A stretch of DNA of 51,751 bases from an uncultured Candidatus Peribacteria bacterium (GTDB taxonomy: Bacteria > Patescibacteriota > Gracilibacteria > UBA1369 > LOWO2-01-FULL-3), in contig CAZCLD010000002.1 in NCBI GenBank assembly GCA_964499425.1, forward strand, positions 1-51,751, read 5' to 3'. This document shows, in pieces, positions 39,001-45,470 of this stretch. The notes beneath the pieces were generated by a model. The model was given only the letters and a program-made list of their open reading frames with translations, was not told where the DNA came from and did no database searches. Made by a program: the position numbers and the translations under genes. Every line of letters begins with the position of its first letter. The first letter of the stretch is position 1.

Positions 39001-39974
39001 AGGCTACTATGCAACAGCTTGTTAGTGAATCGACAGCTTTATACAGATCTTCTAGAAGAATGGGGTTTTCTAGACCTACTGCTATAGCAATAGCTACTCT
39101 TGCCATGGCAGGTTGTGGGAAGCTTGAGGCTGCTGGTGAAGTTGTGGGCGAAGTGGGCTCAGCAGCTGGAGGTGGAGTCTCTACTGGGTTATTATATGGT
39201 GTCCCTGCAGCCGGATTGGTTGTTGGAGGTATGCTCTTAGCCAGTGGTATTGCTGCAGGTAGACCAAGACGTGTAGCAAAAAAAGCTTTTGGACGAGCAA
39301 ATGAGATAGCCAGGCTAGGGCGTGAAGCTAGAAAGCCAAGCAGCGAAAGAGCCCCTAGAGATGCTATTAGCGCTGAAATCAGGGATGCGATTGATGCTCT
39401 TGAGGCCACGTTACCAAAGCTAGATGAAAGTTCACATAATTTTAAAGCAGTTGAGCCATTGCTTGATATAGCTAGTGATATGCGAGATGTGATTACCAGG
39501 CCTGGCGCTCTTAATCGTGCACGGCTTGACACGCTTAGGACCAGATTTAGAGATCAAATGGCTAAGATTCATGTCCCCAAAGGCCAGCGGGTCTCTTGGG
39601 AGAATGCAAAACTAGTTGGAGGAGGTATAGTTATTCTAGCTACAACTTTGGGATGGGGATATGCGCTTCTTAAACATGAATCTGGTGGTGATAGTGGTAG
39701 TGACAGTGATGGTGATGAAGTAATAATAGATGATGACAGCCCTTATGCGCCAGGTGGGGGCCTAAGTGATGATGTTGTGATTGACGATGATGATGAGCCT
39801 GACCCAGCACCTGCGCCTGCACCGGATCCGGAGCCAGCACCTGCGCCTGACCCACCTCGTGGTCGTCGTAGACGAAGGCGTGCGCCAGCCCCTGATCCTA
39901 CACCAGCACCGGCTCCTGATCCTGATCCGGAACCAGCGCCGGATCCCCCACCAGAGATTGAATTCTTTGATTAA
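36084..39974 (+). CDS. Orphan 1296-aa polytopic membrane protein with tandem repeats, Arg-rich clusters and PAPDP tail
   Basis: The order is a coiled-coil N-terminus, three ~71-aa repeats, several Gly/Ala-rich hydrophobic segments, RVRRSRPARRSRPKRRARRSR, further TM segments, then a D-rich/PAPDP/RGRRRRRR C-terminus. Confidence 0.85.
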   Translation: MSKEKPKKENLKEAIKRMAPEYVDGVMNTYDQLNDTISKGLITSPEIADDLASAQDQLDEISRTLIDEAQRPDLDEQLENQKRALVEDFVSELDEISSEVLGAVLEPPRSLELEKVKPSGFARLREAAEGEEVINQFSNAQKLEMLEALTASISDNQKLQLQQIAILKQVLQSIRRDIKEAEKFGPGENTWGEWWTQKTELESTTYLRLHRINHWIRELDAMAVEISKPTDWVYERKETELPSNLPANLKGKGFYTDQNGKLRRADYDGVYEIQADDSVLYTSSDGMIHKLPPGGKVDTTWAALPVKEPKGLPYNLKGKGFFKDANGDLRRKDFPGTYELKKGGVLVYTYPDGSRSTLAAGYNIDSTTSFLGWDKEKVKEPKDLPKNLRKKGFFNDADGALRRQGFSGVYELKADGSLVYVDDYGIKQTLPPGGRMDTKKLADLIDPKMTSLLRGYDQGRRFFDKTGRLRTPGNFSQLQTHYIALIDHMRDRRDYASAERLIEDNLLAPYFVEAREKISAKDKARLRRVARARINKILTEEVLEKWGEGDPAKGIPPMTEEQQNLYRDQLIEEEFVRRQNHFLREWNDGRPFKVKGHEKTIMEQYRSISGAGSAIADATWDMIIEEVAINAPLIVASGGAASVVRAGLTAGARGLIATGRFARIGLVTGRALRAGVMVENAVTATSGVGRALYWGGRGAGLLAEGAVFEVLHTKLQGHDFFDENLPPWWKRILWTSATLGAFHLSGAKARQLNKYIKKNATKLFPEAAIRTKIMAASTILNAEAFTMLAVGCVRHYAEVGDLEDWELVDELLRSYMAVGALHVAGGTVKIGTRVFRPTPRPGGTGEGTTTSPPSTPKPATGRVRRSRPARRSRPKRRARRSRVASRVAEAMRTEGSQSIEVSRVKDFGKAVETLASKGFKFELLESGEVVARKGATEIHLKEVGGLKGNIAALRGKVASLTEMAKKHPEGVDQATMQQLVSESTALYRSSRRMGFSRPTAIAIATLAMAGCGKLEAAGEVVGEVGSAAGGGVSTGLLYGVPAAGLVVGGMLLASGIAAGRPRRVAKKAFGRANEIARLGREARKPSSERAPRDAISAEIRDAIDALEATLPKLDESSHNFKAVEPLLDIASDMRDVITRPGALNRARLDTLRTRFRDQMAKIHVPKGQRVSWENAKLVGGGIVILATTLGWGYALLKHESGGDSGSDSDGDEVIIDDDSPYAPGGGLSDDVVIDDDDEPDPAPAPAPDPEPAPAPDPPRGRRRRRRAPAPDPTPAPAPDPDPEPAPDPPPEIEFFD
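36804..37397 (+). repeat. Three in-frame tandem repeats (71, 72 and ~55 aa) inside the 1296-aa gene
   Basis: Repeats start at 36804, 37017 and 37233. The shared pattern is LP-NL+GKGFF-D-NG-LRR-DF-G-YEL-ADGSLVY---DG----LPPGG--DT. Confidence 0.85.
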
Positions 39975-39978
39975 AACC

Positions 39979-40986
39979 ATGATCGACTACTTAAAAGCAA
40001 AAGGCAAAGAAGTTCTGGAATATGTTAAGCCCTGGAAGTTGATTCCGGCGCTTCAAAAGGCGGTTGAAAAGGCCAAAGCAAATGAAGATGCTGGGTTTTT
40101 CAAAAAGATTGAGATATTTTGGAAATCCTTCAAGAATGAGATGAAGGGCATTAAGGAGGATGAGGAACAAGTAACAGAGGACACAACTGGGGCTGTAAAA
40201 CAGAGTGTAGATGAGGTTATGGGTGATGCAAAGGAAACTCTTGGTCTCAAGGGGGAAGTTGCCACCGAGGACAAGGAATTCTACGATGAAACCCTTGCGG
40301 TTGGTGTTGCAAGTTTAGCTGAGGTGGATGAAAGATCGGGAGGAAAAGCCAGCTCTGCCCAAACAAAGATTGACCAGGCGGCAAGAAAAGGTAAAGCAGA
40401 AAAATTAGAGATTGAAGAGTCCATGTCCGTGGCCGCTGTGGGAATTATGACACTGAGAAAACTACGCAGGAAATTTCCAAAAAAGGCTGATTTTCGAAAA
40501 GCTCTTGAGAGAATTGCGAAGCTTTCCAAAAATTCAAAATATCCACTAAACAAACTTTTGACTCAGAATGTTCTTGAGATTTTCAAATTAAAAGATGAAA
40601 GTGCAGGACTCACGTTCTTAAGTCGTTTTGGGATTAAGGCTGACCTGAAAGATAAAGCTGCTGGTGCAGTGTCTTTCGTTGGTGCAGAAATAGAAGGCGG
40701 AGAGGCAACTAGGGCGGGGGAGCTCTTAAAAAGCCTTTCTCACAGTCCTATTAAAAACCTTGATGAGCTCACTGCCTTTATGAAAAAACACTTCTTTCCT
40801 CATACGTCTAGAGGCAATGTCAAACTTGCTGTAAAATCGATTAATACTCTGATTACTAAGAGGAAGACAAAGATGACTCCAAAGGCTTTGACTGATCTCG
40901 CCTTTTATATTGATGATGCAGATTATAAACACCTTGTGGATGCACTTGCAGGACAAAAGGGTACAGCTGTCGCCAAAGCTGCTTAA
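39979..40986 (+). CDS. Orphan 335-aa K/E/A-rich protein
   Basis: ATG lies 4 nt after the upstream stop. The tracked ORF start at 39781 is an alternative-frame read-through of the upstream low-complexity tail. Confidence 0.7.
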   Translation: MIDYLKAKGKEVLEYVKPWKLIPALQKAVEKAKANEDAGFFKKIEIFWKSFKNEMKGIKEDEEQVTEDTTGAVKQSVDEVMGDAKETLGLKGEVATEDKEFYDETLAVGVASLAEVDERSGGKASSAQTKIDQAARKGKAEKLEIEESMSVAAVGIMTLRKLRRKFPKKADFRKALERIAKLSKNSKYPLNKLLTQNVLEIFKLKDESAGLTFLSRFGIKADLKDKAAGAVSFVGAEIEGGEATRAGELLKSLSHSPIKNLDELTAFMKKHFFPHTSRGNVKLAVKSINTLITKRKTKMTPKALTDLAFYIDDADYKHLVDALAGQKGTAVAKAA

Positions 40987-40994
40987 TTCTTACT

Positions 40995-41240
40995 ATGACA
41001 CGAGAACAACTACAAAAAGCCATTCTAAAACTTCTAGTAATATCTACTGTGCCTGATCATTATAAGAGAATGCTTGAAACCCTGCTTCCTGCAATGGATC
41101 TTCAAACTCTCCAGGCTACCTATGATCCCCTTTTGCTCGAGCAAAAGAAGATGAAGCGATTGGCGCAAAAGAAAAAGAGGGTTGAGCACAAGTACAAAGT
41201 AATGGTTGAGAAATTGGCTAAGATGGAAATAGAAAAGTAG
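40995..41240 (+). CDS. Orphan 81-aa helical protein with basic coiled-coil tail
   Basis: Starts 8 nt after the upstream gene and is the last gene before the promoter/ncRNA unit. Confidence 0.6.
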   Translation: MTREQLQKAILKLLVISTVPDHYKRMLETLLPAMDLQTLQATYDPLLLEQKKMKRLAQKKKRVEHKYKVMVEKLAKMEIEK

Positions 41241-41268
41241 AATTCTATGTTTGGATTTGCTCTAGGCC

Positions 41269-41296
41269 TTGACTTCTCCGCGTTTTTTGTTATAAT
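41269..41296 (+). promoter_or_regulatory. Strong promoter (TTGACT-16-TGtTATAAT) driving a non-coding unit
   Basis: TTGACT at 41269-41274 and an extended -10 TGTTATAAT at 41288-41296. No plausible ORF follows. Confidence 0.65.
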
Positions 41297-41302
41297 GCAA
41301 TC

Positions 41303-41573
41303 TTGTCTAAATTAGCTGCACAAACGCTAAATTTGGCAAGATGAATTACAGACTTTTGAAATTTTGAGCTTGATTGCAAAATATGAGAGCTGTATAGTGC
41401 AAAGGCTAAAGTGCTGGGGTGCGGCACAGTAAATAATGGCCAATTGACATGTCGAAAACGGTTTACCGTTATCGGAATACTTAACGGATTAGGGTATTAA
41501 AGGCTTTTCTAGGGCGTTTCTACATCTAAGTCTAGTTAAGGCCCCTCCCCCAAGCGGGGAGGGTTTTTTATTT
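41303..41573 (+). ncRNA. Candidate structured ncRNA (~270 nt), family unassigned
   Basis: Bounded by a near-consensus promoter and an intrinsic terminator. The predicted 5' end (41302-41327) is imperfectly complementary to 41514-41540, with about 20 Watson-Crick pairs plus 1 G-U over 26 positions. The longest ORF is 8 codons. Confidence 0.5.
41543..41573 (+). terminator. Rho-independent terminator
   Basis: CCCTCCCC-caagc-GGGGAGGG followed by TTTTTTATTT. Confidence 0.8.
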
Positions 41574-41617
41574 CTTGAGTTTTTGGAGGTAGCTGATAAT
41601 ATGGAGCTCGCGAACGT

Positions 41618-41695
41618 GGTGAGTGTAGCTCAGTTGGTTAGAGCACCTGGTTGTGGTCCAGGGGGTCGTGGGTTCGAACCCCATCACTCACCCCA
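41618..41695 (+). tRNA. tRNA-His (anticodon GTG) with encoded G-1 and CCA
   Basis: G-GTGAGTG-TA-GCTC/AGTTGGTTA/GAGC-A-CCTGG-TTGTGGT-CCAGG-GGGTC-GTGGG-TTCGAAC-CCCAT-CACTCAC-C-CCA. The extra 5' G opposite C73 is the His identity feature. Confidence 0.9.
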
Positions 41696-41748
41696 TTGAC
41701 AAGTCGTGCTTTGCATGCTATGGTCTAGTGCAATTAACAGTACCTCTT

Positions 41749-42192
41749 ATGGATGATAGAGAAGCCCGCGTGAACGATTTACATGTTGGTGGATTCAGGA
41801 AAACCACCATTGCTAAACATACTGACGAACATGGTGCCCCTGTTGACGGGGAATCTGGCAGGGCAGGCTATTTGGGACTAAGCCCTTCTGCCAGGGAAGT
41901 TTTGGAGATTGATATTGGTGAAATTTCGGGCGTTGTCAGAGATGGCATTGAAGGTGTTTCTAATGCTCTGATTGTTGGCGCCAGAGATGGAGTTGTCCCT
42001 ATGACAGCATCTTTGAGAAAGGCCTTGGGGGTAGAGAAAACAACCGCTCTGGACCAGAAAGAGACCCCTGGAGATATTGTGAGCTTGGTAAAGCGGGGTA
42101 ATCGTCTTGTTCTCATTGTTACTTCGAAGGGTGGTGCCCCTGTAGATGATTATGTAGCTAAAATGGCAGATAGGACTCCTACTCCGAGATAG
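41749..42192 (+). CDS. Hypothetical 147-aa protein
   Basis: Start moved to ATG 41749 because the tracked ORF begins inside tRNA-His. The protein is G/A/V/R-rich and appears higher in G+C than the surrounding genes. Confidence 0.5.
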   Translation: MDDREARVNDLHVGGFRKTTIAKHTDEHGAPVDGESGRAGYLGLSPSAREVLEIDIGEISGVVRDGIEGVSNALIVGARDGVVPMTASLRKALGVEKTTALDQKETPGDIVSLVKRGNRLVLIVTSKGGAPVDDYVAKMADRTPTPR

Positions 42193-42220
42193 TACGAACA
42201 ACGTTCAAACACTCACTCCA

Positions 42221-44362
42221 TTATTCGATCGTGAAATTCTCGAATCCCAACATGTTCAGCTGGAAGTTTGCAGCCTTTACGGCCTCACGGAAGGCTCCGC
42301 TTTCTACCATGCTTTCTCTGAATGGGGAATACTTACCTCCATCAAGTCCTCCTCCGACCCAATTCCTGTCCCAGAAGTCCATCCCGAATTTATTTAGGTC
42401 ATAACCTATTCCCTGGAAGTACTTTCTTCGTTTCATTAATTCATTTCTCAATATTCGGAATCTAATATCCCTTTTTGTCTCTTCAGGGATTTTTTCCGGA
42501 TGGTCATATTTTAAAATCATTTCTTGAATATCGTCTGTTAGGCCCTCTTCCATGGAACCAAGAATTTTTCCGTTTATCCAGTCTCCAATTACATATCCTA
42601 TATATACTTTACCGGCAAATTTAAGACAGGGACTAACCCAAGCGGGCATAGTACTGGACACTGCCGGTACGAATCTGCCAGCTACCGGAACATAATTTCT
42701 CGCCACCCAAGCAGATGCCCGTAGTACTTGATAAGCAGCTGGTGCTGCATATCTTTTTGCACCTTCGACAAGTAATCCTAAAGTTGTTGTTTGTGCAGTA
42801 AATGAAAGAATTGGGTGGTCCTTCATAAATCCCCTATCCCACATTGATTTAATTTTTATCTTATCCAGCCCTCCATTGTGATTTTTCCTGAAGTACTCTC
42901 TTTTTTGGTCTGGTGTAAAACTGTGCCAGCCCCGGAGCATTTTCATGATTGTCCCTTCGTCTGCAACAATCATGAACATAGCATCTTTTTCTGCCTCTGT
43001 TAGAGCCCTTTCAAAATCATAGAATCTTTCCTCAAAAGGTTTTAATTCTACTTCATCTGGCAGTGCAATCCCAAATGGAGATAGTACTTGTAATGTTCTC
43101 CATACATCTCTGCCGCTCATTTGCAGAGCTTTTGCCCTCAGGAGTGTATCAGCTTCCATCACAGAACCTTCATCTCCATGAGAGTACTGATATGATTCTG
43201 ATAGTAATTCTGAGTGTGCTTCTAGAATGCCTTCTTGGGTTGGTAATACAACTTTTTGTATGAACTTTCGATATTTTCCCGTGAAGACCGTTTTTTCTCT
43301 ATCACTTGCGAGTTGGTCTGGAATTGACCTTAGGTCTGTGCAAGCCTCAAGCATTTGATCAACTACTGATTCATCTATACCCTCTCCGATTTCCCCTAAT
43401 GCCTCCTGAATGTCTTTTTGAATCGCCTCTAGCACTACAGGGTCGTCCGGCTCAACAGGTCGACTCAATTCCCGTTCTAGCTCTACTGTTTTTTTATATA
43501 AATACGTAGTCAATGATTCCTCACTACCTCCAAAAATTGTTGCCAGTATTGATTGGCCGACATCTTGGAGTTTGTCTTTTCCCTTACCCAGTAACTCTCT
43601 GAATTCATCCCCTTCCTTGGGTTCTAATAATTCCTTAGCCTTTGATGCTACCCTCTGAGCCCACTCCTCCATCATTTCGCCATTTGCGAGTGATTTATAG
43701 AACAGGAGACTTTTTTCTAATTCTGCGATATTTCGATCTCTAGATTGTTTGGGCATTGTTAACATTTGATCCACCAAATCTCCGTACACCTCAAACGAGG
43801 TGATCATCATCTCACGTCTTGCCGCGTGTGTATCTAACGACATTTTTTCGGTGACCTTGCTGACATGCTGTTTTCTTAGAATGTCTCTAAATATTTTATT
43901 TATATGGTCTGCTTTACCGTCTTCATCTAATTGTAGCCTTAGTCTTCCTTCCAATTCTAGCCTTCTGTCATATGCATCCTGGTATTCGTAATCTCCTTCT
44001 GCTACAGCTTTCCGGAATCTATTTTTTTCAACAGCTGATGATGTTGGATAGGGCACTAGCCTCCTTAATTCTTCAATTTCTCTGTAAACCCCATTGAGCT
44101 CTTCTGCTATACGTTGAGTTTCCGGATCATCGTTACTTGATATAAGAAGCGTAGAAAAATGCTCGATCTCTCTTATTCTTCTTTCCAATAGTTTTGGCAA
44201 GAATTCTTTTGTAACAGCTTGATGAGGTTTGGCAGGCATTAATCCAAGACTCTCCTGTGCAATTTGTTCACCTAAATCATCTCGTTGCCTGTTGAGATGA
44301 CCCAGCAATTCTTCAATTGAGGGATGTAATTTTCCGCTTGGTCGTTCGTTTTTTTCAGTCAT
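42221..44362 (-). CDS. Orphan 713-aa helical protein with C-terminal hydrophobic module
   Basis: Long ORF. The C-terminal block is TTTLGLLVEGAKRYAAPAAYQVLRASAWVARNYVPVAGRFVPAV...KFAGKVYIGYVIGDWING. Its motifs are collinear with those in the 895-aa protein. Confidence 0.8.
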   Translation of the reverse strand: MTEKNERPSGKLHPSIEELLGHLNRQRDDLGEQIAQESLGLMPAKPHQAVTKEFLPKLLERRIREIEHFSTLLISSNDDPETQRIAEELNGVYREIEELRRLVPYPTSSAVEKNRFRKAVAEGDYEYQDAYDRRLELEGRLRLQLDEDGKADHINKIFRDILRKQHVSKVTEKMSLDTHAARREMMITSFEVYGDLVDQMLTMPKQSRDRNIAELEKSLLFYKSLANGEMMEEWAQRVASKAKELLEPKEGDEFRELLGKGKDKLQDVGQSILATIFGGSEESLTTYLYKKTVELERELSRPVEPDDPVVLEAIQKDIQEALGEIGEGIDESVVDQMLEACTDLRSIPDQLASDREKTVFTGKYRKFIQKVVLPTQEGILEAHSELLSESYQYSHGDEGSVMEADTLLRAKALQMSGRDVWRTLQVLSPFGIALPDEVELKPFEERFYDFERALTEAEKDAMFMIVADEGTIMKMLRGWHSFTPDQKREYFRKNHNGGLDKIKIKSMWDRGFMKDHPILSFTAQTTTLGLLVEGAKRYAAPAAYQVLRASAWVARNYVPVAGRFVPAVSSTMPAWVSPCLKFAGKVYIGYVIGDWINGKILGSMEEGLTDDIQEMILKYDHPEKIPEETKRDIRFRILRNELMKRRKYFQGIGYDLNKFGMDFWDRNWVGGGLDGGKYSPFRESMVESGAFREAVKAANFQLNMLGFENFTIE

Positions 44363-44370
44363 GATAAGTT

Positions 44371-44913
44371 TTAGAGGGTAGGCAGAATGTCATCAACGAC
44401 ATCTACAGATCCTATATCAAGAGTTTCCTTTGCTAATTCGGTTGTAATTGCAGTCCCCTCCTCTACAAGTGCTGAGTATCCTTGCGTTAAGGGAGCCGAG
44501 TAATAGTAAATGCCAGCGGCTATAAGAAGAATTACTATTGTTAGAATCGGATGCTCTTTGATCGTATCAATAACCCATTTGATACCGCCTTTGACTTTAT
44601 CCGCCACATATTTCAGTGCGGATTTAACTTTGTCCCAGGCTCTTCCAAGAATGCCCCTGGATTTTTCACGAAGCTCTTTTTCTTTCAATTTTAGTGTAGA
44701 TTCCTCTTCTTTCAGCTCAATTTCCTCATCGACACTGGGCCTTTTCTTTTTGCCAATTTTATGGCTTTTCCTTTTTGCTTTTGACATGCCTTTTCTTAAA
44801 GCCCTCAGTTTTTTCTCTAGTCTCCTTATTTCTTTGTCTGGCATGCTCGCCTGAAGCAAATCGACTTGCTCTTGTAATAATTCTTCACTGGTTGTTTCAG
44901 GTTTTCTACTCAT
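44371..44913 (-). CDS. Orphan 180-aa basic coiled-coil protein with one TM helix
   Basis: A K/R/E-rich N-terminal half, then the TM helix HPILTIVILLIAAGIYYY. Confidence 0.65.
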   Translation of the reverse strand: MSRKPETTSEELLQEQVDLLQASMPDKEIRRLEKKLRALRKGMSKAKRKSHKIGKKKRPSVDEEIELKEEESTLKLKEKELREKSRGILGRAWDKVKSALKYVADKVKGGIKWVIDTIKEHPILTIVILLIAAGIYYYSAPLTQGYSALVEEGTAITTELAKETLDIGSVDVVDDILPTL

Positions 44914-45385
44914 TTGTGTTTTTTTCGAGATGTAGGATTTGTGCTTCGAGGTATTCCTTGTATTCCTCTTTCAGATATTCGATTTCATAATGCTGCAGCT
45001 CATTTCTGACTTTTACAAGGGCAATGAGATTTTCGATTATTTCGTTCCTAAAATCTCTACTTTTTTCCATTTTTTCCAACATTCCACCGATCAAAATGGT
45101 TAGTCCATATGATCCGCTTTCCTGGAATGCTGTGAAAATTTCTTCTTCCTCCAGAATATTTCCTTTGATTCTCTCCCTTATTTTCTCCTTATTTTCGCGT
45201 AAAACTTTCTCCAATTTATTTTTCATGAATTCTTCAAAATACTCCTTGTCTAGGTCAGCACTGGCGTTCTCAACATACTTAAAAGGGCAATCCTTCAGTT
45301 GTTTGCTAATGTTCAGAACTAAATCAGGGTGTTCCTTCAAAAGAGCGAGTAACCTATGCTTTTCTTCTTTGCTTAATTCTTTCAT
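44906..45385 (-). CDS. Orphan 159-aa helical protein
   Basis: First gene of the minus-strand trio, overlapping the next gene by 8 nt. Confidence 0.6.
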   Translation of the reverse strand: MKELSKEEKHRLLALLKEHPDLVLNISKQLKDCPFKYVENASADLDKEYFEEFMKNKLEKVLRENKEKIRERIKGNILEEEEIFTAFQESGSYGLTILIGGMLEKMEKSRDFRNEIIENLIALVKVRNELQHYEIEYLKEEYKEYLEAQILHLEKNTNE

Positions 45386-45398
45386 TTTTGTTTTTATT

Positions 45399-45427
45399 AT
45401 TATATCATATTTCCGTGTTTTTGTCCA
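45399..45427 (-). promoter_or_regulatory. Promoter of the minus-strand orphan trio (TGGACA-17-TGaTATAAT)
   Basis: On the minus strand: TGGACA (45422-45427), a 17-nt spacer, and TATAAT (45399-45404) with a TG extension. The -10 hexamer ends 13 nt before the start codon at 45385, so the leader would be very short. Confidence 0.55.
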
Positions 45428-45470
45428 TTTTGCGTCAGATATTTAAGGTTGGTTGAAATAATGCTAAGCT

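Noticed and set aside
39670-39980. His-rich (39670-39855, minus), Arg/Trp-rich (39762-39980, minus) and Leu/His/Arg-rich (39781-39978, plus) ORFs
   Set aside because: These are alternative-frame readings of the 69% G+C PAPDP/poly-Arg repeat region. Such repeats lack stop codons in several frames. The downstream gene has a proper ATG at 39979.
28308-41240. Interpreting the giant-gene cluster as a prophage or as a known secretion-system locus
   Set aside because: I found no terminase, portal, capsid or integrase-like sequences and no secretion ATPase (no Walker A in any of the seven proteins). I also found no secretin or pilin signatures and no flanking direct repeats.
41302-41573. Assigning the candidate ncRNA to a known family (T-box leader, tmRNA, RNase P RNA, SRP RNA)
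   Set aside because: TTAGGGTATTAAAGG only partly resembles the T-box core (…GGGTGGTACCGCG) and cannot form an antiterminator with the CCCTCCCC stem, and no aminoacyl-tRNA synthetase gene follows. There is no tRNA-like CCA end or tag ORF for tmRNA. There is no GAGGAAAGTCC-type RNase P motif and no SRP domain IV motif. The family is left unassigned.
41653-41748. First 32 codons of tracked ORF 41653-42192
   Set aside because: They overlap the 3' half of tRNA-His on the same strand. The first ATG after the tRNA (41749) is the more plausible start.
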